Assembly (NCBI GenBank): GCA_963693365.1
Contig: CAVNZM010000005.1
Location: 6,699,888-6,763,887 of the forward strand
Length of the DNA: 64,000 nucleotides
Source: Amoebidium appalachense
Taxonomy: Eukaryota > Protista > Ichthyosporea
Reading direction: 5' to 3'
The notes below the pieces were generated by a model, which was given only the letters and a program-made list of their open reading frames with translations, was not told where the DNA came from and ran no database searches. Positions 25,428 to 36,165 of the stretch are shown one piece after another. The first letter of the stretch is position 1. Every line of letters starts with the position of its first letter. Position numbers and translations under genes: made by a program.

Positions 25428-27080
25428 TTAGCCCAAGGGGAGGGATAGGAACTCGTGGACCCAGGAGGGGAAGGGGCAGGGCTCCGGTTGCAGGGAAGGT
25501 CGGAGTCGTCGGGCCCGGGGAAGTTGGTTACGAGAAATGGCATCGGCCAGATGGTTGAGGGGTCCTGGTAGGTAGGATGCCTGTAACGTAAATTGGTATT
25601 GCATTTCCATGCGGGTGATGAACCGAATAAGTTTGGCCATCACGGGGTGGGGGGAAGACCGGGAGTGCAGGTCAGACACAGCACCCGTGTTGTCGCATAA
25701 AATACGGACACGGTGGGTGGACCAGGAGGGGGCCCAGAGGGCCACGGCGGCGGCGATGGCCAGGAGTTCGATGACGGAAGAACCGAGTTTACCCTCATGA
25801 GCATAGAGGGCTTGGGTGGAGGGGGACCAGGGCATGAAGAACCATTGGTCGAGCCAGTGGCCACCTAGACCCACCGATCCGGCAGCATCAGTGGCCAGGG
25901 TGGTGTATGTGGGGGGTGTGATGAGGTGCACCCCATTCCATGAGGTGAGGAACTGGTGCCATTCGGTGATGTCGGCCCGGGCGGCAGCAGTCAGTCGTAT
26001 GTGGTGGTGGCCGGCAAGGTGTGGGTGGGTCCGGAGAAGGGCCCATAGGCGCTGGGAGAAGGCCCTCCCGGGGGGAACCAGCTGTGCACACCAGGTGAGT
26101 TTGCCGAGGAGGGACTGGAGGTCCCGAATGGTGATGGTGGGCTTTGGGTGGGAAGTGAGGTCGAGTAGGTCCGAGAGCTTGGAAGCCGGGATTCGTGCCT
26201 CCATGGCGATGGAGTCGAATTCGATACCGATGAAGACGACACGGGTAGCCGGGCCCTGCATCTTGTCTTCGGAGATGGCAATGTGCAGCTCTCGGCAGAG
26301 TTGCAGGAAGGTGGATAGGTGACGTTGGCACTGCTCTTGTGTGGGGGCGACTATAATCCAGTCGTCTACGTAGTGGCGGATGAGGGTAATACCGTGCTGG
26401 TGTGCCAGCCACTGTAGGGTGGCCGCGATCCGTTCCCAGATGGCTGGGCTAGATTTCAGGCCGAAGGGCAGTCTGGTTTCCACGTAAAAATGCCCTTGCC
26501 ATTTGAATGCCATTAAGTGGTGGTCTTCCGGTCGGATGGGCATGTGCCGGAAGGCAGCTTGCACATCTGCCACGGCCATGTAGCAGCCGGGGCCTGCGTC
26601 GAGAATGAGTTGGGTGACATCCCGGGCGCGAATGTACTGAAGTTCGTCGGGGTAGGTGATGCTGTCATTGACACCGCTACCCCGGGGCCAGGAGAGGTGG
26701 TGGATTCGACGGTACTTGGGGGGGTTCCCTTTCTTGGTAACGGCGCCGATGGGGGAGGAACGGTGGACGGGAAATTCGTCAAAGAATTGGGCCGGGGAGA
26801 GGGGGCCGCGCAGGTGGCCGAGGGCGACTTCTTTGGCAATATCCACCGTGATAGCGGCAGCTGCCTCCGGGGTGGTGGGTAGGTTGGGGCCCACCCGAGA
26901 GGTGGAGGGGCCGCGATAGCCGATGTCGACGCCGAATTCGACATCGTGGAGGAGTTGTGCGGCGAATGGTTGGTCCGGGTAGGAGGCCAGCAGTTCCCGG
27001 AGGCGGGAGGTGTCAATGTGGTGCGGGGGCAGCGGGCGGGCCACCGGGTCTGAGCCTCGGGGGAAGGGGGTGGTTAGCAA
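25428..27080 (-). CDS. Ngaro reverse transcriptase / RNase H
   Basis: YRRIHHLS, ADVQAAFR, LPFGLKSSP, YVDD. RNase H motifs TDAAG, ELLAI, CDN, ADAISR. No ATG at the ORF start. Confidence 0.93.
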   Translation of the reverse strand: MLTTPFPRGSDPVARPLPPHHIDTSRLRELLASYPDQPFAAQLLHDVEFGVDIGYRGPSTSRVGPNLPTTPEAAAAITVDIAKEVALGHLRGPLSPAQFFDEFPVHRSSPIGAVTKKGNPPKYRRIHHLSWPRGSGVNDSITYPDELQYIRARDVTQLILDAGPGCYMAVADVQAAFRHMPIRPEDHHLMAFKWQGHFYVETRLPFGLKSSPAIWERIAATLQWLAHQHGITLIRHYVDDWIIVAPTQEQCQRHLSTFLQLCRELHIAISEDKMQGPATRVVFIGIEFDSIAMEARIPASKLSDLLDLTSHPKPTITIRDLQSLLGKLTWCAQLVPPGRAFSQRLWALLRTHPHLAGHHHIRLTAAARADITEWHQFLTSWNGVHLITPPTYTTLATDAAGSVGLGGHWLDQWFFMPWSPSTQALYAHEGKLGSSVIELLAIAAAVALWAPSWSTHRVRILCDNTGAVSDLHSRSSPHPVMAKLIRFITRMEMQYQFTLQASYLPGPLNHLADAISRNQLPRARRLRPSLQPEPCPFPSWVHEFLSLPLG

Positions 27081-27111
27081 GGGTGGTGTACCCTTGGGGA
27101 GATCCCGGCAG

Positions 27112-27147
<36 letters not shown>

Positions 27148-27542
27148 CAGGGCCCCGGGGGGTTAGAGTAGGGCAGCTGGGCCCAAGTGAGGGTTGGAGG
27201 GAGGGCGGCGGGGCCCTGTGCAGGGGAATGTGCCCGAGCACGCGGGGGTGTGGGCGGACACAGCGGTAGAAGAAGGGGGGGGGAGGGAGTGCTAGGTGAG
27301 TGTAAGGGTGGGGAGGGGAGGCTCGTGGGATGGGGGGGGGGGAGTAAAATTATGTGCAGTGGCCAGAATAAACGTCTTTGTGTATGGACATTTATTCGTG
27401 ACGCGCGCGGGCGCCGTAGTTGGCCTGCAAAATTTTGAACTCAGCCCTATTGGCCCGTTTTCCCGAGCTCCGTTTCCCTGTACTCGTGTGTCCTAGCTCC
27501 TAACCCCTATGTTCTAGCTGTGTGTGTGGGTGTGCGCGTAGA

Positions 27543-28713
27543 CTAGGCATTGTGCTTGCAGTCTTTGCGGGGGTGTGTGCCAGAGCAGAGCGGGCACACG
27601 TGGGAGAAGGGGCAGGGCTGCTTAGCGCAGGACCGACCGTTAATGTGGAAATTCCGGCAGTGCGTCGCGGGTAGATCCACGGGTCGGGCCGGTTTTGCCG
27701 GGCCGGGTTGCGGGCCAGGGCGGTTAGGGGTGTGACCCCCGCCGGGCTTGTGGGGCGGCTTAAAGCCGTCAAGACCACAGCCGGGCTTGGGGTACATGGG
27801 GCAGGCCGCGCTGGGGTGGTCGGGGAAGCCGCAGCGCTGACATGCGTCCTGGATGAGCAGGGTGGGTGGCAGGAGGAGATCCTGGTGGAGTTGGGCGAGC
27901 AGGTTGGGGCACTCGATCGGAGCCCGACCCTGCTGGTGGGCCACGGTGCGGGCGTATACGTCATAGTTGTGGATCTGGGCCCACGGGTATCGGGTGCTGA
28001 GGCGAGTGATATGCTGAGTCCAAAGAACGTCCTTGTCCGTGGGAAGGCCGAGGTGGTGCTTGGCGGCCATGTAATGGGTCCAAGCTTGGATCCAAATGAC
28101 GAGTGAACGCAGGGGAACGGGTTTGTCTTGGCGAAAAGTCTCGATGCTGCCGTCGTCGGCCATGCGCAGATGCTGACCTTTCTTGGATGGGGCCAGGAGG
28201 GCGGCGGGGGTGAACTTATACAGATCGACGAAACGATTGGCGCGCAAATCTGCCAGCACATCCGCGGGGGGAAGCGGGAGTGTGCCCGGCTGAATGTCGC
28301 CAGTGTTCTCACCTGTGATGGGGGGCGCGGGCAGGGCAGACAGGTCAAGGTCAGGGCCGAGATGCAGCCCCGGGGAAACCTCCCCGGGTGTGGAGGGCGC
28401 GGCGGGGGGCGCGGGAGGGTCGCGGTTGGTGAGAGCAGCCAGGACGCCAGCCATCTGGGTGCTGAGGGCGGTGAGGGCGGCCAGGACGGCGTCTTGAGAA
28501 GTCATCTGCGGGGGACGGCGAGGCCTGAGGGGGGACTTCAGGGGTGGAGGGGAGAGTAGCCGGCGGGTCCGGGTCCGTGGTGGTATGAGCCGCTGGAGGC
28601 GCGTCAGTGTCCGCGGGAGCGTTGGTCAGCCTGTGGCGGAGGTCGCTGCGGGTCAGGCGCTTAGGTGCCGCGGCAGGGGCGGCGGCTGAGGCCTGGCGTT
28701 TTTTCGGCGGCAT
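27543..28713 (-). CDS. Ngaro Gag-like ORF1 (frameshift near 28520-28540 relative to copy 2)
   Basis: Zinc fingers CQRCGFPDHPSAAC, CRNFHINGRSCAKQPCPFSH and CPLCSGTHPRKDC. The N-terminus MPPKKRQ lies in a different frame here but is contiguous in copy 2. Confidence 0.85.
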
Positions 28714-29333
28714 GCTGACCGGCGTAGGGAAAGATAGGGAGATGAAAAGGAGTATATAGCTGTAAGGCTGTGGATGCTAAACACAGAAGATGTGTTTGTA
28801 GCTTGCTGATCTGCTAAAAACTGTCGTGCTTATATACCTAAGCCTACCGATCTAAGCCAATCAAAACTCGATCTAGTGATATGTGAAATCTGATCCGAGC
28901 CAATCATAACTCGGTATAGTGATCTGTGGTATCTGATGTTTTGACTGGCTAATAGGTGTCCGTGTGCGGGGAGCCAACCGCTAACTGCTAAAACACGAAA
29001 TGAAGCCTACATGGTTATGTTGGTATCGAACACCCATCCTACGTATTTTCCCAGAAAAATATTTATGTCAATAATTTCCACAAATAAAACCCGGATCGAG
29101 AGTAGAGAGGTTCGCGAGTGGTTTGAGATCTTGGATCCTCCGGTACCATCTGAGGATAGTCCGGCTGCTTTATATCCTGCGCGGATGCCAGTCCGCGAAT
29201 CATCGTCCAATAGGATTACAGATAGTCCCCTCAGGAAGATCGGGAATACTAGCCAATAGGAAGACAGTTATGGACCTTATGTATATAACTTACTAGTAAA
29301 TACAGGTACCCCCGCCCCGTTGGGGCGGGGCCT

Positions 29334-32300
29334 TGTTGTAATACGTAGTATTTACATATGGTAAGATCTTCTCAGTTTGTGTTATGTTTCAGTTCATATG
29401 CTTAGTGTAAATGCCACACTCCTATTATGTAAAGTGTAGCATCGATCTCCGATATGCTTGTATACTTGTAATCGTGTTGTATCGGCTTTAATCGTGTATT
29501 GTAATATCGATTAGAATATTTATATGTGTGTACACGGATCCACCCACTCAGGGAGAGACGTGTACATGTTCGTGTGTACATAAATATCTCTGGTTATAGT
29601 TATGCTATTACTATCTTGTTTGTTGATCTGTGCTCTCTTTTCCTTCCTCTTTCTCCTTCCTTATTTTCTTTTCTTTCCTCCTTGTCTTCATGTGTATAAT
29701 CGTATTTCTTTTCTACTAATATATGTTAGGTAGATTTGTGTTACTTAATACGTGTTCATTGGACGGTAACACACTTAGGCTACACTTAGAATAGCATGTG
29801 TGTTTAGACTTCATTAATTCACTTTAGTTTTCATGTGTTGCCGGGCTTTAACCAATCATCAAGGTTAAGTGTGATATGTCTGAGTCTTTGCAGTATGTCA
29901 TAGGTTAGAACTTCCTTGACGATGACACGAGTTGATCCTAACTAGTGTCTGTGTCCTATCGTGTACGCCTCCGCGTACCGGATCTCTCTGAAAGCAATTG
30001 GTTCTTAGTGATTGGTTTCTATTAGAGATGGATCTGATTTCCGACTGGTCGGAAATCATGTATGGATTGGACTTAGAGGAATTTCAGGTATTTATTCGAA
30101 GATCAGAATAAATTCAGTTCAGTCGTGTCTAAACATTGATGTCTGTTGTGTACACTGCTCCGATCGTTCCGTGTTTTGTTGTTGTGTGTGTCTGTGGTGT
30201 TTTCACACTGCACCACTGTGTCTCTGCTTACATCCCAAATACTAATAGAAATTTAACAGGTTATGCAGCCCTTTTGTACGCTCCCTACACACATCTAGAA
30301 CTCGCGCTCGTTTTTCAATCATGGATCCAAACAAAACTGGCGTAAACAAAATCACCATGTGGAAAGGTGAAGGGAAGACTGGTCCCGATAGCAAAACTAC
30401 CTATTTTCAATGGGAAATCATTTTTCTCGGCATGATGACCGGCACTAAAGGTGTCCGACTCGTGGATGTTGTCCTTGCTGACAACTACGTCCCCCCTACC
30501 ACCGTCGCGGTTGACGGTGAACCCCCCTTCTATGGCTACGGCACTACCGCGGAACTCAAAGAGGCCCGCAATTGCCTCCTGCTCCATATGATACAGAACA
30601 TCGACCCTTCCGTCCTCACCACCGTTGCCCAGTACCGTATTGGCATGGACCCTGAACGGGCCATGTGGAAATTCCGTCAACACTATCTCCAAGGCAAACC
30701 CGATCAGATCCGCATCCTTCACCGTCAGTGGGATGCCTGTGCCCTTCAGCCCGGTGAATCATTCACCACCTACCTGAGCCGTCTGCAGACCATCGTGAAC
30801 CAGCTCCAGTCTCTCCAAGATGAGTCCATTCACTTCACTCGTCTAGCTGAGAAGTTCTTCAATGAACTCACCACCAGAGACGACCTCACCCCTGAGTTCA
30901 ATCGTCTTATCGAAGACTATCACTTCGGTGATAAGCTATTCCCCGACTTCGAGTCCCTCCATAACCACGTCAAGGGCATCGAGTTACGTCAAGACCTCAA
31001 GATGCAACTCCGGAACAACCGTGCCCACCGTGCCTCCAAGTCCAGCATGGCATTAAATGCCAGTGCTCCCCCCCGTGATCTTCCTCGCCGTGACTTACGC
31101 ACCCGACTTGACCGTACCTCTGGCACGGACCTCCGAACTCGTCTCTCCCGTCAGCACACCCGATCCCGTTCCCCCCACCGGCCTGCCTTCCGGTCCACGT
31201 CTCGTTCCCCCAGTCGTTCCCGTTTCTCGGGTTCCCGTCGTTCTGATTCCCCGGCTCGTTCTAACACCCCGTCCGTGAAAGAATGCTCCTACTGCCACGA
31301 GCCTGATCACACGATCATCGATTGCCCTGAGCCGAAATGCCGTATGTCCAGACACAACCGTTCCCGTCAAGGCAGTGAGAAATCTGTCTCCTTTGCTTTC
31401 TCGGCATACAATGCTAGCTCCGTCCCCGTGTCCTCCGACCCTGCCTGGGATTCCGGGTGCAACATGACTGTTTGCCCCACCCGTGAGTTCTTCCATGACC
31501 TCACTCCCCTTCCGACACCGACTCCCGTTGCTGCCTTCAATGGCACCCCCGTCTTGGCCACTCACACCGGCCATATCGTCATCAACACCACCACCGACCA
31601 TGGCACTTCCACCCTAACCATTGAAGCCTACTACACCCCGTCTGGCCAAGCCTTCCTCATTTCAACATCCCAAGCTGCTGCCGAATACATCAAGGGTGAT
31701 TTGAACGATGCCTCCACTCCGTCATTCCTCTTCGACCGACTCACCGGCCGTCATCTCGTCAACCTCCGTCTACACAACGGTCTGTATTACTTCAAGGACT
31801 ACACCATTCAACCACCCACTCGTCCTGTGGCTCTGGCTGCCACTACCAGTGTTAACCCATCCATCTGGCACCATCGTCTGGGGCACCGAGCTATGACCAG
31901 CATCAAGGACATGGTGAAACACGACCTTGTTATTGGTCTCCCCTCCTCTGTCCTCGACTGTGATGTTCCTGATTGTCATGGCTGCATTATGGGTAAGACC
32001 ACCAAGGCTCCGTTCAGGGGTGACCGTCCTCACTCCAACATCCCCGGTCATGAATGGCATTGGGATTTTTTTGAGCCTACCACAACATCGTACGGAGGTT
32101 CCAAGGTTGCTCTCGTCACTGTCTGCCGTGCCTCTGGCCTCGTCAAGATCTACCCGATGGCCGACCGTACCACCACCCTGGATATTCTCACAGCTCACAC
32201 CAACCTCGTTGCCACCCATGCCCCCTCCAAAGTTGGTGTTTACCACTTCGACTCCGGCTCTGAGTTCACCTCCAAGGATACCCGTGCTTTTTGCCTCTCC

Positions 32301-35300
32301 CAGGGCATCAAGGCCAGCTATGCTCCGGTGGACTGCCCTCAACTGAACGGCTATGTTGAACGACGTATGCGGTTCCTCCAAGAGATTGTCCGTTGCCTCC
32401 TCCATCAAGTCCAAGATCAGTCTCTGTCTCCCAAACTGTGGGCTGAGGCCCTCCAACATGCCGCCTACATCATCAACGTCACCCCGTCCACGACTGCCAA
32501 TGGTCGTACACCATTCGAGGTTTTCTACGGTGTCAAGCCCGACATCTCCGAGCTCAAAGTGTTCGGTTGCCCTGCCTACACTCACGTGCCAGCCTCTAAA
32601 CGGAACAAGCTGGCCCCCACCGTCAAACTCGGCATGTATATCGGCTATGATCTTCAATCACACTGCCACCGGATCTTCAATGCCACCACCCATCGTGTCG
32701 GCCTCTTCCGTGATGTGATTTTCGACGAATCAGCTTATCTCCCGTCCGACATTCCATCAACCCTTCCGACCCCCGACACCACTGCTACCTCGACCACCCC
32801 ACCCCCCACAGTTGACACTGAAGATGATGTTTGTCTGGTGTACTCTGGCCCCCCTCCTGCCATCGTCGTTCCCCCGACACCCCCCCCCCCCACCGGCCCC
32901 CCTGCCCCCGTGCCCGTCCAGCCTGCCGACCCTCATCCTGGCCCTGGCAACGTCACACCCATCCGACCCGGCTCCCCCGACAACTTCCACTCGGCCCCGT
33001 CCAGCCCGGAGGTTGCCCCCCCTGCACTTCCGAACTTCCAAGTTCCCCCCCCACCGTCTCCACCTACCCCGGTTCCTGCACCCCGTCGTTCTGCCCGTCT
33101 CCAGGGCAAGGTTGGACTTCAAGCCACCACCACCCTGCCAGTCCCCCCCGGTCCCCCCATCAACATCGACCAACTACCCAAACTTGTCCGTCAACTCTGT
33201 TCCGGACCCAATGGTGATCAGGTCAAGTCAGCCCTGACTGCTGAGTATCAAGCCTTCGTCGACAAAGACATCTTTGAACTTGTTGACCCTCCCCCTGGTG
33301 CTAACATCGTCGGCTTCAAGTGGATTGTCTCCGAGAAAACTCTCAACTCGGCTGGTGACACCAAGATCAAGGCACGTGGTGTTGCTCAAGGCTTCAGTCA
33401 GCAATACGGTGTTGACTATGAGTTGATTGAGAGCCCTGTCATCCGTCCGGCTGCTCTCCGTGCCATCCTAGCTCTGGCCGTTGTTGAAGGTCATGACATA
33501 CATCAACTCGACGTGTCTACGGCCTTTCTCAACAGCCCACTCACCGAGACCATCTACATGAAACAACCCCCGGGATTCATCACCATGGCCACACTTGGCA
33601 AGGTCTGGAGACTCAAGAAAGCCCTGTACGGCCTCAAGCAAGCCTCCAAGGCTTGGTACGACTTCCTCGACGGCATTCTTCTTGCCCATGGCCTGACCCG
33701 TACTAAGACCGACCCGTGCATCTACCTCCGGTTCTTCCCCAACAACGATGTGGTACGGGCTGGTAACTACGTCGATGACTCCACCATCACCAACACCCGG
33801 GGTTCTACTGCTGCCAGTGACCTGGCTGCCCACATCAGCAAGATGGCCAGCTGTCGTATGAGTCCATTTGACCGTATGCTCGGTGTTGATTTTAATCACT
33901 CTGATCCCCATCACCTCCACATGCACCAGAGGTCTTACATCATGGATATCATCCACGACTTCAACCTCACCGATGCCAAGTCCAAGTCTACCCCCATCCC
34001 TGCAGGCACCACCGTCTCCCTGGCTGATTGCCCCCCCCAACCGTTCACCGTGCCCTACCGTGAGTTACTCGGCCGTCTCCTCTGGGTGGCACGGTGCACA
34101 CGTCCCGACATTGCCTATGCCATCGGCTTCCTTGGTCGGTTCAGCACCAACCCCGGCAAGACTCACTGGGACCTTCTCCGTCGTGTGGCCCGGTACCTGC
34201 TCGGCACCATTGACCTTGGCATTGACTACAAGTACTCGGCCACCCAGTCCCCCATACTCGAATGCTACACGGATGCTGACTTTGCTGGTTGTGCCGACAG
34301 CAAGAAGTCTACCACCGGCTACATTATCGTGTTTGCTGGTATGCCCGTCATCTGGTACTCCAAGCTCCAGCCCATCACGGCCACCAGCACCACTGAAGCT
34401 GAGCTGATTGCTCTCAATGCTGGCACCCAAGAAGTTGCTTGGGTCCGTGACCTCTTCAAGGAACTCGGCTGTCCCATGCTTGCTCCGACTCCGGTGTACT
34501 GTGACAACCAGTCGACCATTGCCATCGTCAACTCCACCGGCATCAAGCACCGTACCAAACACATTGCCGTCCGGTATCACAACACCAAGGACTACATTGC
34601 CAGTGGGGACGTGGTTGTCCACTACGTTGAGTCAGCCCACAACTTAGCTGACATACTCACCAAACCCCTCCCCGGCCCGAGTCATGTCCACCATCGTGCT
34701 CGACTTTGTTTACCGGATATTGTGGATTGACCCGACCTACTTCAAGAGTGATTTTCTCATGTGTACTACTTACTTTATCAACATCATTATATCATATGTA
34801 TTGCCTTTGTGGGTATGCCCACTTAGGGTTTATATATAAGGTTTGACCTGTACCATCACTCTACTCTATCTTTCACTGGTTTAAAACCCAGTTAATCAAA
34901 CACCGCCTATACACGTTATATATATTCGTTGTTTTTGCCCCGGTTCCTTCCCCCCCTCCCCCCCCCCCCTTCCCCCCCCCTTCCCCCCCCCCCTTCCCCC
35001 CCCCCTCCCCCCCCCCCCCTCCCCCCCCCCCCCCCCGGGAAAAGTACACACTTTAATTTTTTTTTTTCCCGTTTCTGTTCTCAAGTGGGGAGATTTCACT
35101 AGTTCAGTGGGGATATGATAACACAAACTTCAAAGTCTTAAGTGGGGATGTTGTAATACGTAGTATTTACATATGGTAAGATCTTCTCAGTTTGTGTTAT
35201 GTTTCAGTTCATATGCTTAGTGTAAATGCCACACTCCTATTATGTAAAGTGTAGCATCGATCTCCGATATGCTTGTATACTTGTAATCGTGTTGTATCGG

Positions 35301-36074
35301 CTTTAATCGTGTATTGTAATATCGATTAGAATATTTATATGTGTGTACACGGATCCACCCACTCAGGGAGAGACGTGTACATGTTCGTGTGTACATAAAT
35401 ATCTCTGGTTATAGTTATGCTATTACTATCTTGTTTGTTGATCTGTGCTCTCTTTTCCTTCCTCTTTCTCCTTCCTTATTTTCTTTTCTTTCTCTCCTTG
35501 TCTTCATGTGTATAATCGTATTTCTTTTCTACTAATATATGTTAGGTAGATTTGTGTTACTTAATACGTGTTCATTGGACGGTAACACACTTAGGCTACA
35601 CTTAGAATAGCATGTGTGTTTAGACTTCATTAATTCACTTTAGTTTTCATGTGTTGCCGGGCTTTAACCAATCATCAAGGTTAAGTGTGATATGTCTGAG
35701 TCTTTGCAGTATGTCATAGGTTAGAACTTCCTTGATGATGACACGAGTTGATCCTAACTAGTGTCTGTGTCCTATCGTGTACGCCTCCGCGTACCGGATC
35801 TCTCTGAAAGCAATTGGTTCTTAGTGATTGGTTTCTATTAGAGATGGATCTGATTTCCGACTGGTCGGAAATCATGTATGGATTGGACTTAGAGGAATTT
35901 CAGGTATTTATTCGAAGATCAGAATAAATTCAGTTCAGTCGTGTCTAAACATTGATGTCTGTTGTGTACACTGCTCCGATCGTTCCGTGTTTTGTTGTTG
36001 TGTGTGTCTGTGGTGTTTTCACACTGCACCACTGTGTCTCTGCTTACATCCCAAATACTAATAGAAATTTAACA
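29334..36074 (+). mobile_element. Full-length, apparently intact Ty1/Copia LTR retrotransposon
   Basis: LTRs 29334-30258 and 35149-36074 (about two differences seen), TSD GGCCT at 29329-29333 and 36075-36079, PBS-like GGTTATGCAGCCC at 30259, PPT AAGTGGGGA at 35140-35148. Confidence 0.97.
30321..34730 (+). CDS. Copia Gag-Pol polyprotein, 1469 aa
   Basis: CSYCHEPDHTIIDC knuckle, WDSGC protease, WHHRLGH..CHGC + DSGSEF + NGYVER integrase, LDVSTAFL/ALYGLKQA/YVDD RT, YTDADFAG..TEAE..CDN..ADILTK RNase H. Integrase precedes RT. Confidence 0.97.
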   Translation: MDPNKTGVNKITMWKGEGKTGPDSKTTYFQWEIIFLGMMTGTKGVRLVDVVLADNYVPPTTVAVDGEPPFYGYGTTAELKEARNCLLLHMIQNIDPSVLTTVAQYRIGMDPERAMWKFRQHYLQGKPDQIRILHRQWDACALQPGESFTTYLSRLQTIVNQLQSLQDESIHFTRLAEKFFNELTTRDDLTPEFNRLIEDYHFGDKLFPDFESLHNHVKGIELRQDLKMQLRNNRAHRASKSSMALNASAPPRDLPRRDLRTRLDRTSGTDLRTRLSRQHTRSRSPHRPAFRSTSRSPSRSRFSGSRRSDSPARSNTPSVKECSYCHEPDHTIIDCPEPKCRMSRHNRSRQGSEKSVSFAFSAYNASSVPVSSDPAWDSGCNMTVCPTREFFHDLTPLPTPTPVAAFNGTPVLATHTGHIVINTTTDHGTSTLTIEAYYTPSGQAFLISTSQAAAEYIKGDLNDASTPSFLFDRLTGRHLVNLRLHNGLYYFKDYTIQPPTRPVALAATTSVNPSIWHHRLGHRAMTSIKDMVKHDLVIGLPSSVLDCDVPDCHGCIMGKTTKAPFRGDRPHSNIPGHEWHWDFFEPTTTSYGGSKVALVTVCRASGLVKIYPMADRTTTLDILTAHTNLVATHAPSKVGVYHFDSGSEFTSKDTRAFCLSQGIKASYAPVDCPQLNGYVERRMRFLQEIVRCLLHQVQDQSLSPKLWAEALQHAAYIINVTPSTTANGRTPFEVFYGVKPDISELKVFGCPAYTHVPASKRNKLAPTVKLGMYIGYDLQSHCHRIFNATTHRVGLFRDVIFDESAYLPSDIPSTLPTPDTTATSTTPPPTVDTEDDVCLVYSGPPPAIVVPPTPPPPTGPPAPVPVQPADPHPGPGNVTPIRPGSPDNFHSAPSSPEVAPPALPNFQVPPPPSPPTPVPAPRRSARLQGKVGLQATTTLPVPPGPPINIDQLPKLVRQLCSGPNGDQVKSALTAEYQAFVDKDIFELVDPPPGANIVGFKWIVSEKTLNSAGDTKIKARGVAQGFSQQYGVDYELIESPVIRPAALRAILALAVVEGHDIHQLDVSTAFLNSPLTETIYMKQPPGFITMATLGKVWRLKKALYGLKQASKAWYDFLDGILLAHGLTRTKTDPCIYLRFFPNNDVVRAGNYVDDSTITNTRGSTAASDLAAHISKMASCRMSPFDRMLGVDFNHSDPHHLHMHQRSYIMDIIHDFNLTDAKSKSTPIPAGTTVSLADCPPQPFTVPYRELLGRLLWVARCTRPDIAYAIGFLGRFSTNPGKTHWDLLRRVARYLLGTIDLGIDYKYSATQSPILECYTDADFAGCADSKKSTTGYIIVFAGMPVIWYSKLQPITATSTTEAELIALNAGTQEVAWVRDLFKELGCPMLAPTPVYCDNQSTIAIVNSTGIKHRTKHIAVRYHNTKDYIASGDVVVHYVESAHNLADILTKPLPGPSHVHHRARLCLPDIVD

Positions 36075-36165
36075 GGCCTGCATGGGACATGTGCACAGAA
36101 TTTGAAGCGGAAGAGAAGAGAACATAGAGTGTATTTGGATGAAAAATTTATAGGCACAAGATATA

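Larger units (their letters stand above)
23658..29091 (-). mobile_element. Ngaro-type (DIRS order) tyrosine-recombinase retrotransposon, copy 1
   Basis: Split direct repeats in sense order A1 (29091-~28743), ORFs, B1 (~24314-24226), A2 (24225-~23877), B2 (~23746-23658). No TSD. Removing it restores the host LTR sequence tacatag|cggatc. Confidence 0.93.

Noticed and set aside
30862-34647. Antisense and alternate-frame ORFs within the Copia (and likewise the Gypsy and Ngaro) coding regions
   Set aside because: Expected shadows of GC-biased codon usage, with no motifs.
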